Below, in pieces: positions 57,501 through 63,478 of a DNA stretch of 64,000 nt. The notes beneath the pieces were generated by a model. That model saw only the letters and a program-made list of their open reading frames with translations, did not search any database and was not told the DNA's origin. Source of the DNA: an uncultured Gammaproteobacteria bacterium (GTDB taxonomy: Bacteria; Patescibacteriota; Microgenomatia; UBA10105; UBA927); assembly GCA_964430295.1 (NCBI GenBank), contig CAYSEV010000001.1:5699-69698 (forward strand), written 5' to 3'. Both the position numbers and the translations under genes were made by a program. Each line of letters opens with the position of its first letter. Position 1 is the first letter of the stretch.

Positions 57501-60500
57501 AAAGGGACACAAAGCAAACTCCTTTTGTTATAACGTCACTAACTTGGACTTCGGATAAGACCGAGTATAAAAAAACTGACTCAGATTTCAAGATTAAAAC
57601 AATAGGAAAACCAAATGATGCAAAGAAATCAGACATTGTATTGCCTGAAATCGGTCCTATAGGAGAGGGTCATGCAAGCACTCGATACTCTACATCTATG
57701 CGAACGCTTGAAATAAAACCGGAAGAAAAAGCATTTGCTATATGGATAAAGAAAAAAGGTGAACGGCTAGCTATCAAATATACCGCGCCAAATGCATACA
57801 GATCTTTAGCAACAGGTGATGAAGTGACGTTTTCATACGCATCCGCAGAGAGTGCATCAGAAGGTGTTACCTATGTTGTTGCTAAACTCGCTGACGGCAA
57901 TTTTGCATTTGTTTTGAGCTCTAATCACGAAGTGCTATACGGATTACCATTTATAGCACCGGAAAATGAACCTGTCTTTGTTCAGCAAAAAGCGAATCGT
58001 GTGCAGGGGAATACCGGCTGTGGAACGGCATATGATTCGTTTCTCACAGTCTTTGCCGAGGAACCTGCAGAGCCTGTCGTTTGTTATCCTGTCAGAGCAG
58101 GTTCGCTACTTCAGTTAACTAACGGTAAAAATATCCGCATCCCAAAATGGGGGATATATGTGCAAAATGGCTTGCATATCTTTAGTCCTAAGACAGTCAT
58201 GCAAGTGCCTAAAAACGGTTCGATAACAATTATAGGATTATGGGTATGGAGAACGATACAGGGAACAGAGATAACAAATACAACTCGTTCCATAACCGTA
58301 CTTCCCACATCATCTGGTGACATATCTTTACGTGCTTCTGCTTCACCTGGTGATTTTGTGAATAGTACTGCACATGAAGAACATACACGTCGCTATTACA
58401 AACAGGCAGTTATGGAACATGCTGCCCCTGATATTTCATTGGCTGCAGCGAAATCAATATTTTCAAGACTTTATAGAACGAATGCTCCAAATCGTGATGA
58501 AGCAAACAGATTATATATACAGGCATGGATTATTATGCATACACTTGTTGCAAATGGTCATCTTCGTGCAGAGCAAATTCCTACACTATATGCAGTTCGG
58601 GTAAAGGGAGAACTGCGCTATGTATTTTCCTTCGCGCAAACATTTATTACGCATAACCATACAATAACAAATGCGGATGGATTAACAGTACATACAGGAT
58701 CAGCGCCTGCAGAAACGATTTTGACATATATGCAACAAGCGGATCCGACGCTTTCTCAGTCAGATATATCTGAAGTAGTGTGGAATGCCTCTTCATACCC
58801 ATTTATGCCTATTGGTACTGAAATTGAGTCAGAATTATTAGAAAAAGATATTACTGTTGATACTCATGCTATTGCTCAGCTTGTTACTCCGGAAAAAATT
58901 ACTCTACTGCGGCAATTTCCGAATGGTTCAGGGACCGGTTTTGGTGTCAGTCAGATAGTCGCATCCGATCAGTTTGCTCTTTTAACCGCTGGTGTAAATG
59001 CAGAAGAGGTCGAGAGAATGTCCGGTATGATTCGTCAAATCATTACTGAAACTCTTGATTTGATGAGTGGTGATCCACCAATTGTAAAAATCAGAAATAA
59101 GATAGATGCGATTCGTTCAGAAAATTTTGATGAATTAATAAGAAATAACAGTGCATTACAACAGTCAGTATTGGAAAAGTCCAACTCACTCTTTGGTAAA
59201 GGCGTCCAGTATGTGAAAATTTGGCTTAATGCCTTCGGTCTCTATGTGGATTATGATACTGCCTTCAAGGCAATTCGTGAAAAGGTAAATACAGATGTAG
59301 TAGCCTTTGCAAGCTACATGAGTTTATATGAATCGGACAGATCCACATTCTCAGAACTGGATCAATTTGACGCTACTCGATATTTCCTTGATATGTTACA
59401 GGAAAGATACAACGTACAGCTGGCGCACTACAAAGGGGGGCTGTTTTTCAGACCTCTTGCATCTGGACATAAAAAAGATCCCGGAGGTCCACTAGATTAC
59501 GTTATCGATGCTGCTTTTGCGCAAAGTGCAAACCAGAATATTACATTCCTTAATCCGATTATCAAACAGTGGAAAGAACGCCATGTGTACGTTCTACAGC
59601 CATGGTATCTGAATTACCTACAGCCTGACATGAAGTATACGTCGTATACAGACCTTGGTATCACAGAAGAAGATATTCCGCTGGTAAACCTCTCAAGCCG
59701 CCCACAGGAAGATCAGCATATGTTGGCTAATCTCACAGGATTATTTCAGAAATATCTGAGAGCACCACTGGTAACGGATACGTTTACAGATCATGTCTCA
59801 CAGAGAAGACCATGGCTTTCAGCATTGAGATCAAGGATTACTCAGGAAAGAACCCAAAGTGATGCCACTGATTTTATCCGATGGATATCTACAAATAAGC
59901 TTTCCGGTGGGGAGATATCTCAAATGACAAGTCATGTCCTTACACTTCAGGCATTGGGAATATTTTCATTTTCTTCCGAACTTCTTGAGCAAGCAAACAC
60001 GTTACAATCATATTTCCTTAACAATAGTGAACGGTATGATTCACTTACAAATGAGGAAAAACTTACTGTTGTGCAGGATGCAATTTCATTTGCTAAGAAT
60101 GGTCTTAAAGAATTAGCATCCGCATCAGTTCTTGAATCTACTAATTTACCAAAAGAAGAACCTTCTGAAGTGCACTCAAAAGAATTAAAACAGGAAGAAA
60201 AAAAAGTATCAACCGAGAATTCCGGATGTGATATAACCATTTCCTTATTTCATCAAGTGTTTGCTCAGGAGCCTGCAGTACTTGTTAATTGTTATCCCAT
60301 TGGAGCAGGTTCGCTACTTCAGTTAACTAATGGGGACACCATACGTATACCAACGTGGGGAATATACGTTCAGAACCGCAAATTACATTTTTTTGGTCCT
60401 GATACGATACTGGAGGTTTCTCAGAATGGCAATATCACAATACTTGGACCGTGGTTGTTTCGCACAATACACGGAGGAGACATTTCACTTGAGGGAAAAC

Positions 60501-63478
60501 ACACTCAAACTCAGGATATTCGTGTAGTGGAAGAAGATCCTGTTACTGTTTCGCCAACAGTTGTCAGCGATGCCATGAAGGAGCGCATAAAATTATTGTT
60601 AGGAAATAAAGTATATGAAGCTGTGGCCGGGGTTATTTCTCAAAATAGAGAAGGAGCAAAAAAAGAACAGGATTTGCTTGACGCATTGGCTCAGTATATG
60701 GTTGACGCCAATTACAATTCACAGCTTGAAAAAATATCGCTCGATAAGTTTGTTGCTGATGTTCGAGGAATACTTGGTGAACACGCAGATGAATTTATAC
60801 AACAACTTGAAACTGTACGAGATCCGATTCACGAGGTATTTTCACCATCATCTCTTTTGCCATTTATCCATGAAGGATGGAGTGTTGATGCCAGGTTTGA
60901 TATTTCAAATTCTTCAAATATAAATCAGGCGTATACAAGCAACGTATTGGGTGATTATGCGTTCCGGTTTGGAATACGTGCCGTGTTGGACGTGATTGAT
61001 AGATACCCAGAATTACGGGGAAATGCAGTTATTGTACATTCATCAGGAGATGAACATCTTATTTTAACCAGAAATGGCTATAATTTACCGTTATCATTTA
61101 AGTCTGAAGTCGAACGCATATCAAAAGAGAAAAAAATCATTCGGAAAGGTTTTGATGGTTTACTGCATTATGAAGACTTAGGAGTTCACTTTTCTGATGT
61201 AAAATTTCCTATAGAAAAAACGATACCATCAGATGGAAATGTTGATATAACGCCAAAATATCTCAATGATACAAAAACGTCAAAAAGACTATTTAATTAC
61301 CATCCTGAAATGGCATTTATAGTGGATCGTATAAGCCAAATTCAGGTTAAATCTTCTTCTCAGAAAATAGATATAGCGGCAGGACAACGAGTAATGAGTT
61401 ATCTGCAATGGCTCTTTGAGCGAATTTATGTCGATGACATTATGGAACAGGGGTTTAATCAGTATGAAGCTGATAGAATATCCAAACCACATTATGACAG
61501 AGAACACATCTTTATTTATAAAGATTTTCGTGATTTTGTTGGAGGTATAAAACAGCGTGGTACAAAATTCAAACTCCTAAAGTTGGATTTCATTGGGAAT
61601 GCAAAACGTATAAATGATGAAATCAGTTATGAAGAGGGAAATAGGTTTATTCAGCAACAATTGGCTAAGACACTTGATATGTTGCATGCCCAAGGGATAC
61701 AAAACGTACGTATTTTTAGACGAGCAAGTGAATTTTATATTGCCCTTGAAGATGGTGAATATGCAAAAGAATTTGTAGATATATCGGATGAAAGTGTTCG
61801 AAAAGCATTGAATGGCACATTTACTACACTGGATGGAAGAAGCTTTTACGTACCGGTGTCCTATGCATTTACAGATTTGAAGCTGGTAAAAGATACAATC
61901 GCCGATGAAATATTACCGGACGGAACCCGTATAAATAGAAATATTAAAAATATGGGTGACGCATATGATCGTCTACGTGAACTGAGCAAGGCAAATGCAT
62001 ATAGATATTTGCAGAAAGTACTTCAGACAGAATCGATGACCGAACCAATGTGGGATTTCGTTATGTACTATTTTAACCCGAATGATAAACGGGGAATTAT
62101 GCGAATATCGGATCTGGCTATATCACCTGATGATCTTATACATCTGCAAACTTTTTATGCAGATCAGACGAGATATCAGAAACAGATACGCAGTATACTT
62201 ACCACGGTTATAAGAAACTACATACCAAAACAGACCCGGATAATTTCTGAAAAACACAGTACGATATCGCTTAAAAAATGTCTTGTAGATGCTGGCGTTC
62301 AACATGTCGTATATGCGCAGGATGCAGGTGGGGGAGGTGGTTGGACATGCCCGCCGTTTTTACAGGCACCTTGGAAAACGATTAAGACATATACAGAGCA
62401 ATTTAACATGCCAGATTTTTCTATACAAAAAATACTTGGAGCAGGAATGGGACTGCTAAAGAAAGCAGGCAAATGGACCATTGGACTCTTTCCATTTAGT
62501 TGTAGAACAATTGTATACATGATGCTACATGATATTGATCAGGGAGTCATTCATACTGAATATGCAAAAGACGCGTTCCCGACAATCTTTAAAGGTGAGG
62601 CTGCATGTACAGAATTAATGAAAAATTTAATAAGCGATAGTCAATTAATTATCATAGGAGATACGAGTGTGACAAGGGTTGTCGATGGAGAGGTTATACG
62701 ATTTTATCTCAATAATTCCACTACAGCTAAAAATTTAGGATTAGAACAAGACAGCGAAAAAAAACCCGCTTTTATAATTGAGCCAATAGCAAATGGAATA
62801 ATAGTTCCTTTGACAGATCTAGCGACAGTACAAGCAGCGTATGCAAGTTTAGGAAAGACATTGCAAGATCCGGTATCTGTCGTCTATTTAGGAACAGTCG
62901 GAGATGGTTCAACATATAAATATAACGGTACTTTTGTATTAAAAACCGGATTCGATCAGAACAACATATGGGTAATGTCTAATGGTCAACAAATAACTGC
63001 AGCCACTAGTATAAATCCAAAAGATTTATATCCAACTGCAGTGCAGATTCAAACATTATATGACTATCGGGACATATATGATCTATCTTATGCAACGAGG
63101 AATAATGAACTAAGGTTATTGTCACAACTATCGCAACAATTCAACGATTATATTTATAATAATTCAAATTCTTTTGCATTCCAAGGATACATAAATATGG
63201 TCGGCTTTGATAAAACTGGAAAGCCTGTACATATTTTTGTTGATAGGTCCGTATTTTATAATCTCGAATTACAACAAGAGTTTAGAGAGAATTTAGAAAA
63301 AGAAGGAATTCAACATCAGGTAGCGATTTCAGATGTTGTAGAGAGTACTATGATATCTACAAACACTGGAAACTCGATAGATGAGTCAACACAAAAACCG
63401 GTGGCAGACCATACGTGGAATGGTATCATTAACAATGAAAAATTAAACGAGGATACACCATTTGTTATTATTCGGTAA
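45542..63478 (+). CDS. Giant multi-domain membrane protein 2, 5,978 aa from the ATG at 45542 (the ORF is open from TTG 45494). It contains N-terminal TM helices, TM pairs, repeated Cys-bracketed modules, two HExxH domains, a class-3 lipase domain and long internal repeats.
   Basis: The frame is uninterrupted for about 18 kb. The first ATG, at 45542, is preceded by GAGG (45530-45533) at 8-nt spacing, whereas the TTG at 45494 has no RBS. The N-terminus MVGMLQYLFAFVSHIFTLF...MSGMVVGFILSFSIIYGIS is hydrophobic. The protein's architecture is paralogous to the C-terminal 1,200 aa of gene 1. Confidence 0.88.
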   Translation: MVGMLQYLFAFVSHIFTLFTKRFSHGLQSKKHHSIVFGGMSGMVVGFILSFSIIYGISQDCRSAIHQLVSFKLIPVVHAAQNCPVLPPAEVAAAKANAVKKESQLRGFAKVLNQPYAITFFQYLNQLLGGSSKTANTADKTASTPLENTSSLNNISEDKVLNGQAAKEHILALARKYKGVLSTQLLSHIETAIGVGMLPKEYMSFNDGEKIQFLAGGQSSALFTPAVLQKLADYALVDPRIAIGQFSEMAAATYAEQLPQESDIRLAIVKLKEMGVNQYSLKLQLFSDGQPLWIVNTSGQSFVIRAKKTTIPIEEVRSRIASLGDTIPFTYAEQLAPGKVLLFIRNLSYDNDGEYVKLPEQASFVEKVLERFRDLGFEPDFVHESYMNLQNFMYSKFYGKMFYVDQDVFDELLKSDGIKPNDKVTRAVNSQLEELSKRSSVKTPDTAPSSVTPNPSSALNTAKQQAVVSRLKLALDGANNALVNSQRNFWFAAVGTIVFAIGMIAIMATVPWLIVPAALALLVTVPSSMFLIPNFYMSMDTNRQTLQSAQAQYISAQNDLLILERSQASATPLNISSEQAKARAQETLDAATKANNVAFNNLVFGSAATIAIVFLAVAVMMISPGLFVLPSAIALVGVVLLSSFGLFRLSSNFNTSLSTLRGTQQVVKTGVSQVISKDNPCKPTGFHLFGQVYAEGPCIILSVGGDPVATAKEGEKGEPIPSTPAQILPGSTYVVGTFDELKNVTEGKDSVGTQIKEIPSDQYVKVFPPVGATGPNNQPIQPFVVDVPTIYATQQANQPIQQQNSGAKVNMSDSSPNTTTTIRNTINRILDIRSWFPSPYSIIQNNIVLRMFAPFISPVTTSISPWSIFGRGRSEPIQEIANIVSSEEAQQYVISKYNAMISALESGAKLSSTRTTMMRAEAIAGLIASPAENIDAANRRYAMAFILMNTLVDRELAHPRQVERFFMVRTSKGIRLIYTDGKNFVTNTNPKSSTERVAVKYLTGGIKEALAYMQEYDSTVQLSDFEEVNWDASLFPFMDRTNIAPDSAKIRSKRGVEIAEDIVKKLENPPIPTAIEFAKDKLMELQPEKASSVDRALKDIAVDMNAVDGDQAVKQNAIYRKFFGDPIWQNYGLAKGYFELHVAAPKKYPLELKANSDELTDESLKAIHEWYESQQTPDEAHQERLNRGGALNMVQKIKTLLAKLGIKLPLAETDPIHNSVVVFSDDQFKLLYPDKEDANILAFYDERLGLYVIRSSANLTSNQKTELEEIKFMIAAHEAGHDMVRYIGPFMTHEWNEGMATMFMIALLVKQNGISWTEARAKVVAFVSPEYVKHLEMVEQSQFGSVLIERAFEKGFTSETVADVFLTFYKKLPNKEKMLAGATYADSTNAFTTAVTSTAQQFGIITPDQKVELWPKLYTFFVDNTVAKDLDPDTEVKFDPTTRSIGKKRVTLPILSSIPSSELFGTIAGLDRKGYALPKADFDSLDIEAPGYVLAVQNDSEAKEYLERLYRTYPGAATKPIFILVATSRRTAVSGNVLLTSNGSDLLRALDTIFQSSGPLHELRTQAKKTEVTEIRPGVYQFGSALFFVDKTTGAMAMDYAPDTSLASVQIDGRSLAQTAYVFNNTQIGISGVAYTVTTQGNAVILIKENGESVQLPIAAKSLREFPKNPGQSPLPAPVLPATQKQAAQPVVSVKQPEAVLKNPVSTSDEANVLTMKTKDGVIKVRRAELVDGKLIGHGAIIYDDPAKQIEYGATEMPIRIMFNTTDENLSGLTQETLMRELERRYVYANDVLIAWHGYLETGEQFEPAGNTVLEPWDKNGKRQMMIALSHSGTEGTYVENPDYTAKNLIAQVEAAVELVSEQINYTDEDVHITLMGHSLGGAIAFKLAEKHGLDTTGVWAKVKYIMLTPYVGDPNQLTLLNEYSLIPGVKSLGILRIINSWYLPSALRRGLLAFAHFVGFDEALFSAMMSLDLKKMDDASVRLSKDIALKNLSDAPVAIRMTQSLLNIGMVENNAPLQDLTRKSRMVVFYPGVDDTLDSAITRSFNLSRGFFQVGYDRTHNPSTASYKSHIFEVVQGLFEGFDIQKTRPGVFAQIDRRSHNFYKVVWDGLKMKFSKLSSTDPCTPTISVQIFGRVYAAGENCVIFYSNSEVETRTENGQSTGIKRNIPQSGTFRVVTQEQLTDEVLNPQTTDFKFNGKISFTNSLDGQTQNRYLVVFPSDNTPAFIIRIPDIHTQSGTQSGKVVSIDTHTNVRLDGKTWKLSYSAADTSAKLNGISLGQGDISLEKGSRNTLYVAPNYVLLIDIDPNSNELTYQKLPSDDPRVVFESLEIESLPESISPQVRERRDAAYKGDLARSILNNVDEAQDARMIEFRDGSRAFPKTPPHPAYSGETSSWKYHSEYAQKELWNSYYTSLVAALASGKSKEDIKGEVNKLLAQFRNTANLELFKEKQAFSDGLVRQLEAQPAEEFLPLTLGSAFREILNRYPLLKTIITPDQLAALKRVLIEEVKNAYMLFAASGSNAILEARGYFFPNPVKSVTTNENGSLVIDTLKKDEANTIIEIRNKDGTYKKNPVILAAYIKAIEEGAQYISFTLASKTDEGFNEILPDLAEYVYEHNRNPKYKSSPVVLMVDAVQLFGRAPESEVFQWLLVEGISGVIHTGSKAAAGPAHAGITHISTYGKTVTGTVSTVDQSIANMTTPAIVRAIGNLKAIRGMWDLGPAFQLYSPIAVALQRVYDRFFTRIGLVPIGDEEGFQRKNTFGSIRTYRLMMGWDGKTIVDAKKLLATWSPVWLMGGVLEETPLAGPLLRNGIPIGVMKWLKETVITPEDLKDPHMSAEKAANAVDDALRQVEGRMQDDLIRLAEENGVYLRIADEIAPVDQTEAAAQAALIALVNTAAKRTGVQDEGESCDPTQVGIHILPRVYAAGCKTGMTRKLYNQLITGAKLLGTRMNRIVWGRLFGKKNVFGQFKQNQVQNITSRSRLFVYSNEQMNISKYFSTEQLSDFDSIINKILDNYNKTGSYDIRHSSQQKDVININDDLTAEEKYGRMFDWTKSFFILKALQKYTKLYPFYLIGHSIIVANAALFSGTDFGTFLYQKALPWMYATVSSDIKHTAILMMISYINNLSIAGEIADMSVSELSEFNREVVNTFIKAFDRNFQLAYSNASTGLDSDELRSDAEKKILQAITINSYFPILPLPRFLTGMINQNGFMGHGTGVAFLSKALIVENRKQAISTSVHEMNHMQVDTQINTPELNYYSHLPYGLSMTLDESITRLNQLESIDAYNESYYDIGVIKLLTVLKPFLVEKVGQNTADQVFAQIKLGDFSTIVSIFGGWDAFRAYLQDPTMFGSYYKIDEIQYRDNSSDVWKKVNFENDREIFLSQSAELLLPNGIVVPMQKSIISGVKKKTNKQIVDSKSRILYTYDNADIAEEIELKDDKYILLKEYVSIGINITDFSSRLIVGARKSKEILAMQSEYADLLHSLFVEPDDVVSSIHANVNPIAKTIYMRSAHIDATCILGQRLIPQVFAESIGTVQTSYCEFAGREGLLYSPNAVLRAMIGNANGQVTRLTAIAKSLAVNADNPELSPTERRMWHFLGQIIGGDLFTYMEKLQQTTAKKIRISDAQMEDLYATYIALYPHVREAIARKNEQGTVTATYDPEVVYAVLKNTPVEIRELAVRAVSFMMQTAQHDDAGNIMSMPMDIDSVEGRRHLHDALAYYNDQFFAWLSLASPDGYQQYQERLSGRAPNALRRDVSDVSSLELIFPTIQTSASSAFPFSTQVVGSTPSKETMKSLYTVVNGDTVTASTETMSVILRDPQGRTDQSERMSIMAEEIGKYFQKHELMPEHLMDVWPQDALRFFLREQLQLMGIKKETVELTFVFRIKDVNGQWIGVALTNTDEPLVINKEGSKAVRASDPAELGTVALAQVVDKFKSEWNVYFYPIPKTGNQYVMTRKNIKSIQNELLSTMALDVPVSAYGEKLTEILQRDTKQTPFVITSLTWTSDKTEYKKTDSDFKIKTIGKPNDAKKSDIVLPEIGPIGEGHASTRYSTSMRTLEIKPEEKAFAIWIKKKGERLAIKYTAPNAYRSLATGDEVTFSYASAESASEGVTYVVAKLADGNFAFVLSSNHEVLYGLPFIAPENEPVFVQQKANRVQGNTGCGTAYDSFLTVFAEEPAEPVVCYPVRAGSLLQLTNGKNIRIPKWGIYVQNGLHIFSPKTVMQVPKNGSITIIGLWVWRTIQGTEITNTTRSITVLPTSSGDISLRASASPGDFVNSTAHEEHTRRYYKQAVMEHAAPDISLAAAKSIFSRLYRTNAPNRDEANRLYIQAWIIMHTLVANGHLRAEQIPTLYAVRVKGELRYVFSFAQTFITHNHTITNADGLTVHTGSAPAETILTYMQQADPTLSQSDISEVVWNASSYPFMPIGTEIESELLEKDITVDTHAIAQLVTPEKITLLRQFPNGSGTGFGVSQIVASDQFALLTAGVNAEEVERMSGMIRQIITETLDLMSGDPPIVKIRNKIDAIRSENFDELIRNNSALQQSVLEKSNSLFGKGVQYVKIWLNAFGLYVDYDTAFKAIREKVNTDVVAFASYMSLYESDRSTFSELDQFDATRYFLDMLQERYNVQLAHYKGGLFFRPLASGHKKDPGGPLDYVIDAAFAQSANQNITFLNPIIKQWKERHVYVLQPWYLNYLQPDMKYTSYTDLGITEEDIPLVNLSSRPQEDQHMLANLTGLFQKYLRAPLVTDTFTDHVSQRRPWLSALRSRITQERTQSDATDFIRWISTNKLSGGEISQMTSHVLTLQALGIFSFSSELLEQANTLQSYFLNNSERYDSLTNEEKLTVVQDAISFAKNGLKELASASVLESTNLPKEEPSEVHSKELKQEEKKVSTENSGCDITISLFHQVFAQEPAVLVNCYPIGAGSLLQLTNGDTIRIPTWGIYVQNRKLHFFGPDTILEVSQNGNITILGPWLFRTIHGGDISLEGKHTQTQDIRVVEEDPVTVSPTVVSDAMKERIKLLLGNKVYEAVAGVISQNREGAKKEQDLLDALAQYMVDANYNSQLEKISLDKFVADVRGILGEHADEFIQQLETVRDPIHEVFSPSSLLPFIHEGWSVDARFDISNSSNINQAYTSNVLGDYAFRFGIRAVLDVIDRYPELRGNAVIVHSSGDEHLILTRNGYNLPLSFKSEVERISKEKKIIRKGFDGLLHYEDLGVHFSDVKFPIEKTIPSDGNVDITPKYLNDTKTSKRLFNYHPEMAFIVDRISQIQVKSSSQKIDIAAGQRVMSYLQWLFERIYVDDIMEQGFNQYEADRISKPHYDREHIFIYKDFRDFVGGIKQRGTKFKLLKLDFIGNAKRINDEISYEEGNRFIQQQLAKTLDMLHAQGIQNVRIFRRASEFYIALEDGEYAKEFVDISDESVRKALNGTFTTLDGRSFYVPVSYAFTDLKLVKDTIADEILPDGTRINRNIKNMGDAYDRLRELSKANAYRYLQKVLQTESMTEPMWDFVMYYFNPNDKRGIMRISDLAISPDDLIHLQTFYADQTRYQKQIRSILTTVIRNYIPKQTRIISEKHSTISLKKCLVDAGVQHVVYAQDAGGGGGWTCPPFLQAPWKTIKTYTEQFNMPDFSIQKILGAGMGLLKKAGKWTIGLFPFSCRTIVYMMLHDIDQGVIHTEYAKDAFPTIFKGEAACTELMKNLISDSQLIIIGDTSVTRVVDGEVIRFYLNNSTTAKNLGLEQDSEKKPAFIIEPIANGIIVPLTDLATVQAAYASLGKTLQDPVSVVYLGTVGDGSTYKYNGTFVLKTGFDQNNIWVMSNGQQITAATSINPKDLYPTAVQIQTLYDYRDIYDLSYATRNNELRLLSQLSQQFNDYIYNNSNSFAFQGYINMVGFDKTGKPVHIFVDRSVFYNLELQQEFRENLEKEGIQHQVAISDVVESTMISTNTGNSIDESTQKPVADHTWNGIINNEKLNEDTPFVIIR
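49300..49700 (+). other. HExxH domain type B in gene 2 (HEAGH at 49370-49384).
   Basis: The context is ...EEIKFMIAAHEAGHDMVRYIGPFMTHEWNEGMATMFMIALL..., with a downstream Glu-containing segment that could supply the third zinc ligand. Confidence 0.35.
50890..51330 (+). other. Class-3 (fungal-type) lipase / alpha-beta hydrolase domain with a GHSLGG nucleophile elbow.
   Basis: The sequence ...RQMMIALSHSGTEGTYVENPDY...DEDVHITLMGHSLGGAIAFKLAEKHG...KYIMLTPYVGDPNQ carries GHSLGG at 51170-51187. Together with the downstream P-x-V-G-D/N motif, this reproduces the Lipase_3 signature (hh-GHSLGGA-hA, then G-x-P-R-V-G-N). Confidence 0.6.
55160..55620 (+). other. HExxH domain type A in gene 2 (TSVHEMNH...GGWDAF), the paralogue of 41050..41520.
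   Basis: HEMNH lies at 55256-55270. Its context is ...KQAISTSVHEMNHMQVDTQINTPELNYY...; about 85 aa downstream is ...DFSTIVSIFGGWDAFRAYLQDP. Confidence 0.45.
58011..58335 (+). repeat. Internal repeat R1 of gene 2, about 105 aa and beginning with the Cys-bracketed module. It is repeated at 60218..60500.
   Basis: R1 NTGCGTAYDSFLTVFAEEPAEPVVCYPVRAGSLLQLTNGKNIRIPKWGIYVQNGLHIFSPKTVMQVPKNGSITIIGLWVWRTIQGTEIT aligns with R2 NSGCDITISLFHQVFAQEPAVLVNCYPIGAGSLLQLTNGDTIRIPTWGIYVQNRKLHFFGPDTILEVSQNGNITILGPWLFRTIHGGDIS. The two copies share an identical 26-nt DNA core, gcaggttcgctacttcagttaactaa. Confidence 0.8.
60218..60500 (+). repeat. Internal repeat R2 of gene 2.
   Basis: See R1. Confidence 0.8.
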
